Part shown: positions 8,565 through 19,848 of the stretch, piece after piece | Layout of the letters: every line of letters begins with the position of its first letter | Numbering within the stretch: the stretch's first letter is position 1 | Assembly: GCA_030152305.1 (NCBI GenBank) | Contig: JASKOM010000005.1 | Location: forward strand, 79,620-143,619 | Reading direction: 5' to 3' | Length of the DNA stretch: 64,000 nt | Origin: Campylobacterota bacterium | Lineage (GTDB): Bacteria > Campylobacterota > Campylobacteria > Campylobacterales > Thiovulaceae | Made by a program: the position numbers and the translations under genes | The notes under the pieces: generated by a model | The model's input: only the letters and a program-made list of their open reading frames with translations | Databases searched by the model: none | Told to the model about the DNA's origin: nothing

Positions 8565-10811
8565 TCACAACATAACTAATTTTGCACCAGTGCCACCTTG
8601 ATTTGGCGGAGCATCACCGAACCATTTTACACTTGGATGATTTCGTAAGAATTCGATAACTGCTTTTGCAAGAATTCCGCCACCAATTCCGTGAGTTATA
8701 TAAACTTCCGAAAAGCCATTAATCAAAGCATTCGAAATAAATTGATCCATTTCTTCGAGAGCTTCTTCTCGTCGTTTGCCATGTAAATCTAAATAAATAT
8801 CACCACGAACATTTTCACGAATAAAAACATAACTATTTTTATGTCGATCGATATTTATATTTTTTTCTGGAGCTGGAGCGATTTGTTCCCGTTTTAAATC
8901 TATTTTTATTCCGCCAATTTCAATTTGATAAAACTTGCCTTTAATCGTTAATATTTTTCCTCGATTCGATTTATAAACGACCTCATCGCCAACTTTTAAT
9001 TCGCCAGAAATTATTTTTGCTCGTTCGATTTCATTTTCGATACTTTCATTTTGGTCTTTTGGCAATAATTTATTAGCCGTTGTCATATGTCGATGCGAAT
9101 CAGGAACATTTTTAGCTCGAATTGCAGATTTAGCCTCTTCGATTGCACCGCTATAAATATTTTTCAATTCATCTCGTTTAACTTCAATTCCAGATAAAAA
9201 TTTATTTTTTGCTTTGATTAATTCCTGTTCGGTTTCGACGATACTTTCTAATTTTTTATTTAATTCATCTCGTTTTTCGAGAAGTTCTCGTTCGAGATTT
9301 GCCCCTTTTTCGATAAGTTCATTTAATTTTTCTCGATCATCGCCGTATAATTTTCTCGCTTCATTAACAATTGTTGCAGGAATTCCATATCGTTCAGCTG
9401 TTTCAAAGGCATAACTTTTTCCAACAATTCCCTGAAGAAATCTATAAGTTGGCATTCGTTTTTCTTCGTCATAAAGAGCAGCAACAAGTTCAACTTCTGG
9501 ATTTCCGCCTAATAACGAAGCAAGTCTTTTATGATGAGTCGTGATAACTATTTTCGATTCGCGATCCATTAATTTTTCGATTAATATTTTAAAAAGCGAA
9601 GAAGCTTCATCGGCATCAGTTCCAAGTTCTACCTCATCGACACCGATTAATTGGCGATCTTTCGATAATAAATTTGCAAAAGCAACCATTCGACCAGCAA
9701 AAGTCGAAATATCAAAATTGATATTTTGCGGGTCGTCAATCACGGCTTCGATATTTTTAAATTTGCCAATCGTCGAATAATACGAATTAATTTTCATTGG
9801 AATTAAATATTTTGCCAAATAAACAGCTGATAAAATCGATTTTAAAAGCATAGTTTTTCCACCAGCATTAACACCAGTAATTAATAAAACTTTCTTAGAA
9901 AAATCGATTGATAACGGTTTCGGTGAATGCTGAATCGCAGGATGATAAAAATCTTGAATTTTTATAATTTGATCTTTAACTGGCAAAACAAATTCTAAAT
10001 TTCGAGATTTTGCAAAAAATAGACGAGCCTGATAATTATCAAAACGATCAAATTCGCGATCAATAAATTTCAAAAACAAAACAAACGAATTTAATTTTTT
10101 AGAAATTTCTCGACGATAATTTAAATAAATTGCCTCTCGTTCAGCTTCGTAATCGCGAATTTTATTATTTAAATTTGCGATCAAATCAGGTGAAATATAA
10201 AAAAATCCTGAACTACTTCGCCCGATAATATCACCTTTGATAACTGACGAATAACCGCCTTTCATTAAAAGAGCCTCTCGATCATTCAAAAAATGTATTT
10301 GCGAATCGACTAAATATTCAGCGATTCGTTGCGAATGAACAAGCGAATATAAACTCGAACGAATATTTTCTCGTGTTTCAGCAATTCCGATTGAAATCGA
10401 AAACAATCTCGGATCGCTTTCGTCATTAAATTTACCGTCATTATTCAATAAATTATTTAATTCAAGAAAATATGCTGGAATATTTATTTTTTCGATCCAA
10501 TCTTTTGCAATGCCAACAAAATTAACATTTTTTAAATATAAAAAATATCTAACTATTTTTACGATTTCATAAATTTGAGACAAACTTAATAAGCCAAATT
10601 TTTTAACAAGCGAAATCGATTCCCAAATTTCGCTCATCGATTGAGGCGGATTAAAAACGACACCTTCATTTTCAAGCGATTTTATAAAATTCATATGAAA
10701 ATTTAAATCGCCGTCAAAATCTAAATTATTATCTTTTTGTTCTCGTGCGAAAAACTTTCTAAAATCATCAATAAATTTATTTAAGTCTAATTTTTTTTCA
10801 AGATCTAACAT
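8565..10811 (-). CDS. mutS2: Endonuclease MutS2 (MutS domain V ATPase + C-terminal Smr domain)
   Basis: Walker A motif GVNAGGKT. The Smr domain reads LDLHGKRREEALEEMDQFISNA...ITHGIGGGIL. Confidence 0.9.
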   Translation of the reverse strand: MLDLEKKLDLNKFIDDFRKFFAREQKDNNLDFDGDLNFHMNFIKSLENEGVVFNPPQSMSEIWESISLVKKFGLLSLSQIYEIVKIVRYFLYLKNVNFVGIAKDWIEKINIPAYFLELNNLLNNDGKFNDESDPRLFSISIGIAETRENIRSSLYSLVHSQRIAEYLVDSQIHFLNDREALLMKGGYSSVIKGDIIGRSSSGFFYISPDLIANLNNKIRDYEAEREAIYLNYRREISKKLNSFVLFLKFIDREFDRFDNYQARLFFAKSRNLEFVLPVKDQIIKIQDFYHPAIQHSPKPLSIDFSKKVLLITGVNAGGKTMLLKSILSAVYLAKYLIPMKINSYYSTIGKFKNIEAVIDDPQNINFDISTFAGRMVAFANLLSKDRQLIGVDEVELGTDADEASSLFKILIEKLMDRESKIVITTHHKRLASLLGGNPEVELVAALYDEEKRMPTYRFLQGIVGKSYAFETAERYGIPATIVNEARKLYGDDREKLNELIEKGANLERELLEKRDELNKKLESIVETEQELIKAKNKFLSGIEVKRDELKNIYSGAIEEAKSAIRAKNVPDSHRHMTTANKLLPKDQNESIENEIERAKIISGELKVGDEVVYKSNRGKILTIKGKFYQIEIGGIKIDLKREQIAPAPEKNINIDRHKNSYVFIRENVRGDIYLDLHGKRREEALEEMDQFISNALINGFSEVYITHGIGGGILAKAVIEFLRNHPSVKWFGDAPPNQGGTGAKLVML

Positions 10812-10820
10812 AATTTTTAA

Positions 10821-11420
10821 TTACACTCCAATTTTTCGGTCAATAATTGCTCGTTCAATTTTTCTAAAAATATCATTTTCTTTTGACGAAGCATCGATAA
10901 TTAGCATATTTACTCCGAATTCTCGAGGCAAAGATAACAATCTTTTTTGAATCGAAAGAGCATATTCGATTCCTCGTTGTTCAATTTTATCGGGCGATCG
11001 TGCTTTTAATCTGTCCAATAAATCAGCTCGGCTAATTTCAAAAACAACAACAAGATCAGGAAACTTATTTTCGATAACTGCCAAATTCGAATTAATAATA
11101 AAATCCCGCGAAATTTTTGCACTTTCCAAACCGTAAGCAATACCCGAAAAAACGGAACGATCACTAATAATTAACTTGCTCCAATTCAAAGCTGGTTTTA
11201 TAACTTTTTCATAATGTTCGCTTCGATCAGCGAGAAATAATAAAAATTCAGTCATGTCTGCTAATTTTTTGTCGCCATTTAACAAAATTTCTCTGATTTG
11301 AGTTCCAAAAGATGTTCCACCAGGTTCGCGAGTAAAAACAGCATTTAAAAAACGACTTTTTAACAATTCGATTTGTGTTGTTTTGCCAACAAGATCAATA
11401 CCTTCAAGAGCGATATACAT
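10821..11420 (-). CDS. tmk: Thymidylate kinase
   Basis: MYIALEGIDLVGKTTQ P-loop and the DRS motif. Confidence 0.9.
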   Translation of the reverse strand: MYIALEGIDLVGKTTQIELLKSRFLNAVFTREPGGTSFGTQIREILLNGDKKLADMTEFLLFLADRSEHYEKVIKPALNWSKLIISDRSVFSGIAYGLESAKISRDFIINSNLAVIENKFPDLVVVFEISRADLLDRLKARSPDKIEQRGIEYALSIQKRLLSLPREFGVNMLIIDASSKENDIFRKIERAIIDRKIGV

Positions 11421-11421
11421 T

Positions 11422-11775
11422 TTATTTATCTCCTAATAATTTTCTTAAATCTGCACCTTTTGAATTAAACGGTGAAAAATTTAAATTTTCTTTTAATAAT
11501 CTGCCAAGATGACATTCACGACATTTATCGATATGAATATGTTCTGGAATATTTCTCGAAATAGATTCGACTTTATGACATTGAAAACAGTCCGCTCCAC
11601 ATTCGGCTGACCCGATATTTTTCGTATGACATTCTTTGCATAAAAGCATTGGTTGATGTTCGTTATCTAATTTTTCTAATAACTTTGGATGACAACTAAA
11701 ACAGTCGCCATCGCAACTATTTGCCGATGAGGTCGCAAAAACAAATAATAAAATAGCTGAAAATAAATTTGTCAT
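11422..11775 (-). CDS. Small secreted tetrahaem cytochrome c
   Basis: Signal peptide plus four CxxCH motifs (CFSCH, CKECH, CFQCH, CRECH). Confidence 0.7.
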   Translation of the reverse strand: MTNLFSAILLFVFATSSANSCDGDCFSCHPKLLEKLDNEHQPMLLCKECHTKNIGSAECGADCFQCHKVESISRNIPEHIHIDKCRECHLGRLLKENLNFSPFNSKGADLRKLLGDK

Positions 11776-11864
11776 ATAAAAAATCCTGATTAAAAAAACT
11801 TATGATTATTAAATTTTATCGAAAAATATAAATGTTAAAATTTTAAAAAATTAAGGATCTAAAA

Positions 11865-12605
11865 ATGCTATCTGATCTTGACATGATCGATAAAATAGAA
11901 AAGACAGAAAATATTCAAGTTGAAAGCACATTGAATAAACTTCTTTTTAAATTAATAAATTTCGAATGGCGAATTTCTGATCGAACGATCATCGAACATA
12001 CAAAACTTCAAAAAAGAACAGTGATGAGATCAATAAACAATAATATTGAGTTATTAAAATCTTGGGGAACTATAGAAGAAGCTTTTGACTATGTTCAAAC
12101 TATTGACGGAATTGTTAAAGAAAAAACATATTTTTTCACAAAACATCAAGCTTTACAGTTGTTAAGTTATATGAAACGAACAGATCATGTTTTAGATCTT
12201 ATAGTTGATATCTTAAAAGAACAAGAGAGATTAGAGCCAATTGCCAAAATTTTGAAAACAGATCAAGAAGTTGATTACAAAATCGAAGATGAATTAAAAA
12301 GTTATGTAACTCATCTTAGTGAATTAATCGAGATTCTAAAACGACAATATAAACCATTTGGTATTTTTAATGATGCTATAACAAAACAATTAGATAAATA
12401 TCTTTCAGCTCTTGGTGATGAATATTGGAAACCAGCCGAAATTGCAGAAATTACAAATAAAAAAGTTTCGGCTGTGAATAGACTATTAGAATCAAAGGAT
12501 TATCAAATTCAAGAAAATGGTGTTTGGATAATGACAGAAAAAGGTCGTGAATTCGGTGTTGAATTAAACGGTAATTTAAGATGGCTTTTAAGGTCTGTAT
12601 TATAA
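11865..12605 (+). CDS. Orphan, diverged antirepressor paralog (Rha-like N-terminus, KilAC-like C-terminus)
   Basis: EKTYFFTKHQALQLLSYMKRTDHVLD parallels the Rha domain of ORF 1760..2518. The C-terminus (AEIAEITNKKVSAVNRLLESKDYQIQENGVWIMTEKGREFGVELNG) parallels the constant module at low identity. Confidence 0.6.
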   Translation: MLSDLDMIDKIEKTENIQVESTLNKLLFKLINFEWRISDRTIIEHTKLQKRTVMRSINNNIELLKSWGTIEEAFDYVQTIDGIVKEKTYFFTKHQALQLLSYMKRTDHVLDLIVDILKEQERLEPIAKILKTDQEVDYKIEDELKSYVTHLSELIEILKRQYKPFGIFNDAITKQLDKYLSALGDEYWKPAEIAEITNKKVSAVNRLLESKDYQIQENGVWIMTEKGREFGVELNGNLRWLLRSVL

Positions 12606-12609
12606 AAAT

Positions 12610-12651
12610 ACCTCATCGAATAAATAATAAATAAAAATTGCTCGATGAGGT
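12610..12651. terminator. Bidirectional hairpin made of an inverted pair of the ACCTCATCGA motif (10-bp stem, 22-nt loop)
   Basis: ACCTCATCGA at 12610-12619 pairs with TCGATGAGGT at 12642-12651, followed by TTGTGTTTTTT. It lies between convergent genes. Confidence 0.6.
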
Positions 12652-12665
12652 TTGTGTTTTTTGAA

Positions 12666-13178
12666 TTATTTTTTTATAAATAATTCAAAATTATTTATAA
12701 TATCTTCAAAAGAAAAATGATCAGTTAATAAATAATTAAATTTAACACCTGCTGTTTTGCCAGATTGAATATCACTTTCACGATCTCCAACAAGAAGCGA
12801 TTCAGATAAATTTATATTAAACTCTTGAGATGCCTGTAAAATCATTTCAGGTGATGGTTTTCTACATGTGCAATTCTCAACAAAATCTTCATGACATGAA
12901 CAATAATAAACTTTTGTAATTTTTATATTTTGTTTATTAAATTCATTTAACATGAAATCAGTCAAGATTTCAAAATCTTGCTCTGTGTAATATCCGCGAA
13001 TAATTCCTGATTGATTTGTAACAATAAAAATTAAATAATCGTTATTATAAAAATATTTAATAAAATCAAAAACACCATTTATAAATATAAAATCTTCTAT
13101 TTTATGTAAATATCCAGTATCGATATTTATCACACCGTCTCTGTCTAAAAATAAAGCTTTATTTTTAATTACTTTCAA
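12666..13178 (-). CDS. gmhB: D-glycero-beta-D-manno-heptose-1,7-bisphosphate 7-phosphatase (HAD family)
   Basis: FLDRDGVIN, VTNQSGI, CxC...CRKP zinc motif and GDRESD. Confidence 0.8.
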   Translation of the reverse strand: MKVIKNKALFLDRDGVINIDTGYLHKIEDFIFINGVFDFIKYFYNNDYLIFIVTNQSGIIRGYYTEQDFEILTDFMLNEFNKQNIKITKVYYCSCHEDFVENCTCRKPSPEMILQASQEFNINLSESLLVGDRESDIQSGKTAGVKFNYLLTDHFSFEDIINNFELFIKK

Positions 13179-14310
13179 AAGGGCGACCTTCTGTGCAATC
13201 TTTCATATTTTTTATAACTTTTTTAGCTAATTGATCATCGGCAGATAATTCGTTGTCTTCGTTACTTAATAATTCAAGAGTTGTTTTATAATCAATTATT
13301 GATTTATCGCATATACCTAAAGTATGATAAATTTCGGCTCGTTTATTATGTGAAAAATAGTCGCCTTGATTTAAGCCAATTGCTTTTGTGTAATCAGAAA
13401 TTGCTTTATCATAAATAGCAAGTTTTTGATAAGTTTGACCTCGTTTTGTGTAAAAATAAAAAGTATTTGGTTGAACACGAATTATTTTCGAATATTCTTC
13501 GATTGCATTTTGATAATTACCTAATTTATAATGACAATCACCGATTTTATCATATAAATTAATTTTATTTGTGCTTATTCTTAAAGCATGGTCATAATAT
13601 TCAATTGCTTTTTCATATTCTTTTAAATCTTGAAAACAATCTCCAATTTTGTCATATAAATACCATTCTGATTTTTTTATTTGCAAAATAGTATTATAAG
13701 AATCGATAGCATCTTGATGATTGCCTGACAATCTATAAGCATCACCTAATTTATTATGAATAAAAACATTTTGACCATTTAATTTATAACTTTCTTTATA
13801 ATGAACAATTGCAAGATCATATTCTTCAAGTTTTAAACATGTATCACCTATTTCTTCGTGAAGTCGTGGATCACTTTTGCCTAATTCGATAGCTTTAAAA
13901 AAATCGGCAAGTGAATCTTCTAGATAACCTAATTTTGCTTCACATTTGCCTTTTTTAACGAGGATATCAAAATCATTTTTATTAATTTCGTTTGCTTTGC
14001 CATAATCAGCGATTGCATTTGAACATTCACCTTTTTCACGATAGCAGTCGCCTCGTTTGCTGTGAAGTTCATAATTATTTGGGTGATATCTAATAGCCGT
14101 TGTGAAAAATTTAATAGCTAAATCATATTTTTTAGTCATAAAATAAATATCAGCTATTTTTTCATAAAGAGCTATTTGATGACTATCTCGCTCAAGAACT
14201 TCTAAATATTGTTCTATGGCATCTGTTAAATTGCCTGTATGCAAATCTTTATCAGCCGATTCGATAATTTTTTCTACTGACTTCTGAAACAATGAAGAAA
14301 AACTAAACAT
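13165..14310 (-). CDS. TPR-repeat protein
   Basis: Repeated 34-aa A..Y.KA pattern throughout. Confidence 0.7.
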   Translation of the reverse strand: MFSFSSLFQKSVEKIIESADKDLHTGNLTDAIEQYLEVLERDSHQIALYEKIADIYFMTKKYDLAIKFFTTAIRYHPNNYELHSKRGDCYREKGECSNAIADYGKANEINKNDFDILVKKGKCEAKLGYLEDSLADFFKAIELGKSDPRLHEEIGDTCLKLEEYDLAIVHYKESYKLNGQNVFIHNKLGDAYRLSGNHQDAIDSYNTILQIKKSEWYLYDKIGDCFQDLKEYEKAIEYYDHALRISTNKINLYDKIGDCHYKLGNYQNAIEEYSKIIRVQPNTFYFYTKRGQTYQKLAIYDKAISDYTKAIGLNQGDYFSHNKRAEIYHTLGICDKSIIDYKTTLELLSNEDNELSADDQLAKKVIKNMKDCTEGRPFESN

Positions 14311-15141
14311 TTAAATATTTATCCTAAAGAATGAACTTCCACTACCTGAAAACAAAAAACCTTCTTTATCTATTTTATTTAATTCTGGACAAATTATTCT
14401 TGCTGGATTCCAAAGATCATTTGCAAATTCTCGATTGTCTTTTAATTTTATAAAAAGTTCTCTTGAATTAGTATCTTTCCAATCGTTAATATTTTCAAAA
14501 TGAGTAATATTAAAAAAATTGGATCTAAATTCTCGATAAATCGAACCTGTATTGCAATTTATTGTCGGAGTAAAAATTTCAATATCATAATCTACCTCAT
14601 CAAAAGGTTCAACGATTTCACCAATACCGCTAACATTTGCACTATTTATTTCATATAAAAAAAACGGAATATCTGACCCGACTTGTTGAACGATAACTAT
14701 TTTTTCGTGAATATCAAGATTTAAATTTAAATATTCGTTTAACATATTTAAAAATACAGCTCCGTTGGAACTTCCACCACCAAGACCAGCCATAACTGGA
14801 ATATTTTTTATAACTTCAATCGAGTAATAATCAAAAAAATCATTTATTCGTGAAACAAGATTTTGTCTATTTTGCGAATTTAAATAATTAATTAACGATA
14901 AATATATTTTATAAATAATATTTTCTTGAGTTGATAAATTTAAATTTGTTGAAATTGTAAATTCGTTATTTCGATGAGGTTTTTCATAAAAAGATATTTG
15001 ATCATGAATATTTTTAACACGAATAAAACGAGAAAACAAAAGATGATAATTATTTCGAACACCAACAATTTTTAAAAATAAATTAACTTTTGGATATGAA
15101 TTGCGAGAAATTAATTTGTGCAATTTATCGACCTTCGACAT
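14311..15141 (-). CDS. ispE: 4-diphosphocytidyl-2-C-methyl-D-erythritol kinase
   Basis: YPKVNLFLKIVG N-terminus and the GHMP motif PVMAGLGGGSSNGA. Confidence 0.8.
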   Translation of the reverse strand: MSKVDKLHKLISRNSYPKVNLFLKIVGVRNNYHLLFSRFIRVKNIHDQISFYEKPHRNNEFTISTNLNLSTQENIIYKIYLSLINYLNSQNRQNLVSRINDFFDYYSIEVIKNIPVMAGLGGGSSNGAVFLNMLNEYLNLNLDIHEKIVIVQQVGSDIPFFLYEINSANVSGIGEIVEPFDEVDYDIEIFTPTINCNTGSIYREFRSNFFNITHFENINDWKDTNSRELFIKLKDNREFANDLWNPARIICPELNKIDKEGFLFSGSGSSFFRINI

Positions 15142-15868
15142 TTAACAACGATGTATATTTTTTTAGAATTGCAAGAACAATCCAAATAAATAAACTAATT
15201 CCAAAAATAATTTGCCAAAATAAATCTATATTAATAAACTGTTTATGTTGAACAAAATCACCAATGATTTCAAAAATAAACATAACTAAAATGACAGCGA
15301 AAAAACCGTTATATTCTCGTTTTAAAACATTAAGAAACGAAAAATGTAAATTAGATTTTTGATAATTTGAAAATTTTGGAAAAAAAGCGGGAGTATTTTT
15401 TGCCCATTCGATATAACTTGAACCAAATTTATTTTTTAAAAATTGTTCTTCGGCAAATATAATTCGTTCGTAATAAAGCCAGAAAAACAAAATATAAATA
15501 ACTGCAACAAATAAATCATGAACAAAAACAACGATTCCGAACATCATAAAAAAGTTGCCTAAATACAAAGGATTACGAACAATCGAATAAAGTTCAGTCG
15601 TATTAAGAGTTTCGGCAACTTGCCTTTTTACATTTCTACCTGAAGTTCCTGCGGGGGTTTGTCCAACAACTAAAGCCCGAATAAATAAACCAAAAAAACT
15701 AATTAATATCGAAAAAATTTCAAGATATCTATCGGCTGTGTGGCTATTAAAAATATAATGAAAATCATCGAAACCTAATAAAGCTATTACTAAAATAAAT
15801 ATAGGTAAATAACTTCTCCATCGAAATAATAATTCGCCACTATGTTTAAAATGTTCTTCTAATAACAT
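15125..15868 (-). CDS. Integral-membrane methyltransferase (ICMT/PEMT-like family)
   Basis: Multi-TM protein with the VRNPLYLGNFFMMFG...ERIIFAEEQFLKNKFG signature. Confidence 0.6.
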   Translation of the reverse strand: MLLEEHFKHSGELLFRWRSYLPIFILVIALLGFDDFHYIFNSHTADRYLEIFSILISFFGLFIRALVVGQTPAGTSGRNVKRQVAETLNTTELYSIVRNPLYLGNFFMMFGIVVFVHDLFVAVIYILFFWLYYERIIFAEEQFLKNKFGSSYIEWAKNTPAFFPKFSNYQKSNLHFSFLNVLKREYNGFFAVILVMFIFEIIGDFVQHKQFINIDLFWQIIFGISLFIWIVLAILKKYTSLLNVEGR

Positions 15869-15893
15869 ATTTTCTCCTTATAAAAGTATTTAT

Positions 15894-16550
15894 TTATTGA
15901 CAATGTTCTGTAATTTCAGCTGTTGCTTTTTTGTCATCGATGTTTTTTTCTAAATATAATTTTGCTCGTTTGCATATTGCATCAACGAAATTATTATCGA
16001 TTTGTATCGCTTTAGAATAATCATTAATTGCTAAATCAATATATTGAAGATATGAATAAACTCCAGCTCGATTATAATAGGCTTCGGCTAAATCAGGAAA
16101 AATTTCTATTGCTTTTGAATAATCATTAATTGCTGAATCATAATCATGCAAATCGTTATAACCAGCTCCTCGATTATTATATGCATCAGCATCATTTGGA
16201 TTTATTTCAATAGCTTTTGAATAATTTGCGATTGCTTGTTCTAAATCACCAAGATTATGATAAGCCAAACCTAAATTATAATAGGCTTCGGCATTATCAG
16301 GTTTTATCGAAATCGTGTATGTCAAATTAGAAATAGCAACTTTGAAATCGCCATTATCGATATTTTTCAATCCACGATTAAAAGATTCTTGAGCTGAAAG
16401 ATTTTCCTCCAAAAATGAAACTTGTGATAAATTATTTTCCAAGTCGCCAACATATCGATAAAGAACATTTGTATCAGTGATAACTTTTATAGCTATTTCG
16501 TTAAATAATAAAATTAAAATTGGCAAAACCAATGGCAATAATGGATTCAC
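15894..16550 (-). CDS. TPR-repeat protein (N-terminal membrane anchor)
   Basis: Repeated AEAYYN.G.AY...A..DYSKAIEI units. Confidence 0.7.
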   Translation of the reverse strand: MNPLLPLVLPILILLFNEIAIKVITDTNVLYRYVGDLENNLSQVSFLEENLSAQESFNRGLKNIDNGDFKVAISNLTYTISIKPDNAEAYYNLGLAYHNLGDLEQAIANYSKAIEINPNDADAYNNRGAGYNDLHDYDSAINDYSKAIEIFPDLAEAYYNRAGVYSYLQYIDLAINDYSKAIQIDNNFVDAICKRAKLYLEKNIDDKKATAEITEHCQ

Positions 16551-16553
16551 TGT

Positions 16554-16823
16554 TTATCTTCTAACTCGATTCATACCTTTTAATTTTTTGATTAATTGAT
16601 ATTCTTCGAGAATTTGTTCTTTATTTTTCAAATGTTGATCACGATCTGGAAACGATTCACCGTCTAATTCAGCACTATATTCCATTTGAGGCAAATTTAT
16701 ATTTTTATCAAGAACATAATTTAATACCTCATCGTTTTCGTTTGATAATTTATTTGTATTGTTATTCAATTGTTGAAAGTTCTTCGGATTCATTTTTATC
16801 TTTATCTCCAGTTGTATGTTCAA
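16554..16823 (-). CDS. Hypothetical small protein (start uncertain, overlaps the lon 3' end)
   Basis: ORF only. Met11 at 16793 would reduce the overlap. Confidence 0.3.
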   Translation of the reverse strand: MNIQLEIKIKMNPKNFQQLNNNTNKLSNENDEVLNYVLDKNINLPQMEYSAELDGESFPDRDQHLKNKEQILEEYQLIKKLKGMNRVRR

Positions 16824-19296
16824 TATTTTTATTTAAGTCAAACATATGTTTTAAAACTTCTTCGATTCGAGAAACAGGAATAATTTTAATATCATCGATA
16901 ATTTCAGCAGGAATATCTTCAAGATCTCTTTCATAATTTTTCTTTGGAATTAAAAAATATTTAATACCGCTTCGATGACCAGCGATTATTTTTTCTTTTA
17001 AACCGCCAATTGGCATAACATTACCGTGAAGTGAAATTTCACCAGTCATCGCGGTATCGCCCCGAACTGCTTTATCAGTCAAAGCTGAAGCAATTGCCGT
17101 TGTAATCGTGATTCCCGCACTTGGACCATCTTTTGGTGTTGCACCATCAGGAACATGAATATGAAGATCAAAATAATTATAAATATTCTTAGATTTTTTA
17201 TTTAATTTATCAGATGAGGTTTCTATATTTTCTTCATCTTTCTCTTTTTCGTTATTAACTTTTGGCAATTTCGAAGAAACTAAATAGCTATTTTCAAAAA
17301 GAGTTTTGACAACACTAAAAGCAATTGTTCCAGATTCTTTCATGACTTCGCCGAGTTTTCCAGTTAATTTTATTCCGCCTTTGCCTTCTGTTTTCATGAC
17401 TTCAATTTTTAAAACATCGCCACCAACTGGAGTCCAAGCTAAACCATAAACGACACCAATTTTTGGAGTTAAATCAACTTTTTCAAGATTAAACACAGTT
17501 TTATTTAAAAGCTCTTTTAAATTTTTTGCTGTAATACTAACTTTTCCGATGGAACTATTTTCAAGAATTTTTCTTGCACTTTTTCGAATAATAGTTGAAA
17601 TTTGTCGTCGTAAATTTCGAACACCAGCCTCTCGAGTGTATAACGAAATCGTATCTTCGATAGCTTTTTTAGAAATAATAAGTTCATTATTTTTCAAGCC
17701 ATGTTTTTTTAACTCTTGCGGAATAAGATATTTTTTCGCGATTTGATATTTTTCCATTGGAGTATAGCTACTCAAATAAATAAATTCCATTCGATCTCTT
17801 AACGGAGCTGGTATTATCGAAATATCATTAGCCGTTGCAATAAACATAACTTTCGAAATATCGATATCAAAATTTAAATAATAGTCTCGAAATTTAACAT
17901 TTTGTTCAGGATCAAGAATTTCTAGCATTGCCGAAGTTGGATCGCCTCGTTGCGAACGACCTATTTTATCAATTTCGTCAAGAACAACAATAGGATTCAT
18001 CTCTTTCGCTTCGATTAAACCAGCAATAATTCGCCCTGGCATTGCACCAACATAAGTTCGTCGATGACCTCGCAATTCATTAACATCTTCAAGACCACCA
18101 AGAGCAATTCTGACTAATTTTCTTTTTGTAGCTGTTGCAATCGAATTAGCGAGAGAAGTTTTGCCAACCCCTGGAGGACCATAAAAACATAAAATAACAC
18201 CTTTATTTTGACTGTCTTTAACTCCGCGAAGTTCTAATAATTCACGAACAGCGAAATATTCCAATATGCGATCTTTTGGTTTTTTCAAAGAAAAATGATC
18301 TATATTTAATTGATTTTCGACTTCAGCAATAGATAATTTATGTTTTGATTCTTTGCCAAAAGGAATTTCAAGAACCCATTCGACATAAGTTTGAATCATG
18401 TTTGCATCGGCACTATCGGGATGAGCTTTTGAAAGTCTTTTTATTTGCTTATTAATTTCTTTATAAGCATCTTCAGATAAAAACTCTTTTTTAGATTCTA
18501 ACTTTTTGCGATATTCTTCAATTTCTTCATCTCGTTGAACATCAATGCCAAGTTCTTTTTGAATCTGTTTCATTTGTTCTTTTAAAAAATGTTCTTTATT
18601 ATGTTGAGCAATATTATTTTGAACTTTATTTTTTATATCTCGTTGAATTTTTGCTGTTTCAAGTTCGTTATCTATTTTTTCTAATAACGAAAAAAGTCTT
18701 GTTTCGATATCCGTTTCGATATATAAATCATATGCTTGATCAAGAGAAAGCGATAAAGAACTTGTTATTAAATCAGCAGATCTATCAAGTTCGCTACTAT
18801 CAAGACTATTTATCATTTCTGGTGGAAATTTTGGACTCATTTTTAAAAGTTCGGCTATTTTTTCTTTTGCAATTGATAATAATGCTCTACTTTTTATATC
18901 AGAAATATAATTAGTTTCGATATGTTGAAATTCAGCCATAAAAAAACTAAAATCATGAGTAGTATTTAATTGTGAAATTACATTAATAATTTTAACTTTT
19001 TTTAGTCCTTGAAATAAAATTTTCACTCGACCATCAGGTAAAACAGTTTTTCGCATTATTCCACCAAGAACACCAGCTTGATATATTCTGTTTATTGGAA
19101 TTTCATTAGAATCAGCATTAACTTTAATAGGAGTTACGATAATAGGCAATGAATGTTCAAGAACATATTCAATAGTTTTAATATTTTCTTGATTAGATAT
19201 AAATAAAGGTGAAATCATAAACGGATATAAAAAATGATCCATTTCTGAAATGATTGGCACAATTTTTGGCAATTCATTAAAGTTAATTGTTTGCAA
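16762..19296 (-). CDS. lon: ATP-dependent Lon protease
   Basis: GPPGVGKTS Walker A, DEIDK Walker B, protease catalytic motif PKDGPSAG. Apparent TTG start. Confidence 0.92.
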   Translation of the reverse strand: MQTINFNELPKIVPIISEMDHFLYPFMISPLFISNQENIKTIEYVLEHSLPIIVTPIKVNADSNEIPINRIYQAGVLGGIMRKTVLPDGRVKILFQGLKKVKIINVISQLNTTHDFSFFMAEFQHIETNYISDIKSRALLSIAKEKIAELLKMSPKFPPEMINSLDSSELDRSADLITSSLSLSLDQAYDLYIETDIETRLFSLLEKIDNELETAKIQRDIKNKVQNNIAQHNKEHFLKEQMKQIQKELGIDVQRDEEIEEYRKKLESKKEFLSEDAYKEINKQIKRLSKAHPDSADANMIQTYVEWVLEIPFGKESKHKLSIAEVENQLNIDHFSLKKPKDRILEYFAVRELLELRGVKDSQNKGVILCFYGPPGVGKTSLANSIATATKRKLVRIALGGLEDVNELRGHRRTYVGAMPGRIIAGLIEAKEMNPIVVLDEIDKIGRSQRGDPTSAMLEILDPEQNVKFRDYYLNFDIDISKVMFIATANDISIIPAPLRDRMEFIYLSSYTPMEKYQIAKKYLIPQELKKHGLKNNELIISKKAIEDTISLYTREAGVRNLRRQISTIIRKSARKILENSSIGKVSITAKNLKELLNKTVFNLEKVDLTPKIGVVYGLAWTPVGGDVLKIEVMKTEGKGGIKLTGKLGEVMKESGTIAFSVVKTLFENSYLVSSKLPKVNNEKEKDEENIETSSDKLNKKSKNIYNYFDLHIHVPDGATPKDGPSAGITITTAIASALTDKAVRGDTAMTGEISLHGNVMPIGGLKEKIIAGHRSGIKYFLIPKKNYERDLEDIPAEIIDDIKIIPVSRIEEVLKHMFDLNKNIEHTTGDKDKNESEELSTIE

Positions 19297-19447
19297 ATGT
19301 ATTCCTATTTTATAAAAATATTTATTGTAATCTTATCGAAAAGATTAATAAATAATAAATTAGCTTATTAAAAAATAGTTAGATTGAATATAAAAATTTG
19401 AGAGACTCTCCAAATTGGAGAATCGTAAGAAGTATAAAATTTGTAGA

Positions 19448-19837
19448 TTATCTTTTTGAAAATTGAGGACTTCGTCTTGCTTTTCGTTTGCCGTATTTTT
19501 TTCGTTCAACAATTCTTGAGTCTCGAGTTAAAAGACCTGCAGGTTTTAGAACTTGTCTAAATGCGGCATCATATGTATTTAAAGCTTTTGAAATTCCATG
19601 TCTAACAGCATCGGCTTGACCTGAAAATCCACCACCTGATACATCAACATTAATATCAACACTTTTAATTTGTTCAGTTAAAGCTAAAGGCTGAAGAACT
19701 CGTTTCTTTTTCGCCTCAAGACCGCCTAACCAAGCATCAAGTGAGAATCCATTGATTGTAATTTTGCCTGTGCCTGGTTGTAACCAAACTTTAGCTACAG
19801 CACTTTTTCTTTTTCCAGTTGCATAAATTTTTCTCAT
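19448..19837 (-). CDS. rpsI: 30S ribosomal protein S9
   Basis: The C-terminus ([26 protein letters not shown]) is diagnostic. Confidence 0.95.
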   Translation of the reverse strand: MRKIYATGKRKSAVAKVWLQPGTGKITINGFSLDAWLGGLEAKKKRVLQPLALTEQIKSVDINVDVSGGGFSGQADAVRHGISKALNTYDAAFRQVLKPAGLLTRDSRIVERKKYGKRKARRSPQFSKR

Positions 19838-19848
19838 ATCAAATATCC

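Noticed and set aside
16554-16823. An 89-aa ORF overlapping the lon stop as a coupled small gene
   Set aside because: It has no motif and a low-complexity Asn/Lys-rich sequence. It is retained only as a low-confidence hypothetical, not as a finding.
19403-19425. The palindrome TCTCCAA-A-TTGGAGA downstream of rpsI as an intrinsic terminator
   Set aside because: The loop would be only 1 nt, leaving an effective stem of about 5 bp, and there is no convincing U-tract. It is too weak to annotate.
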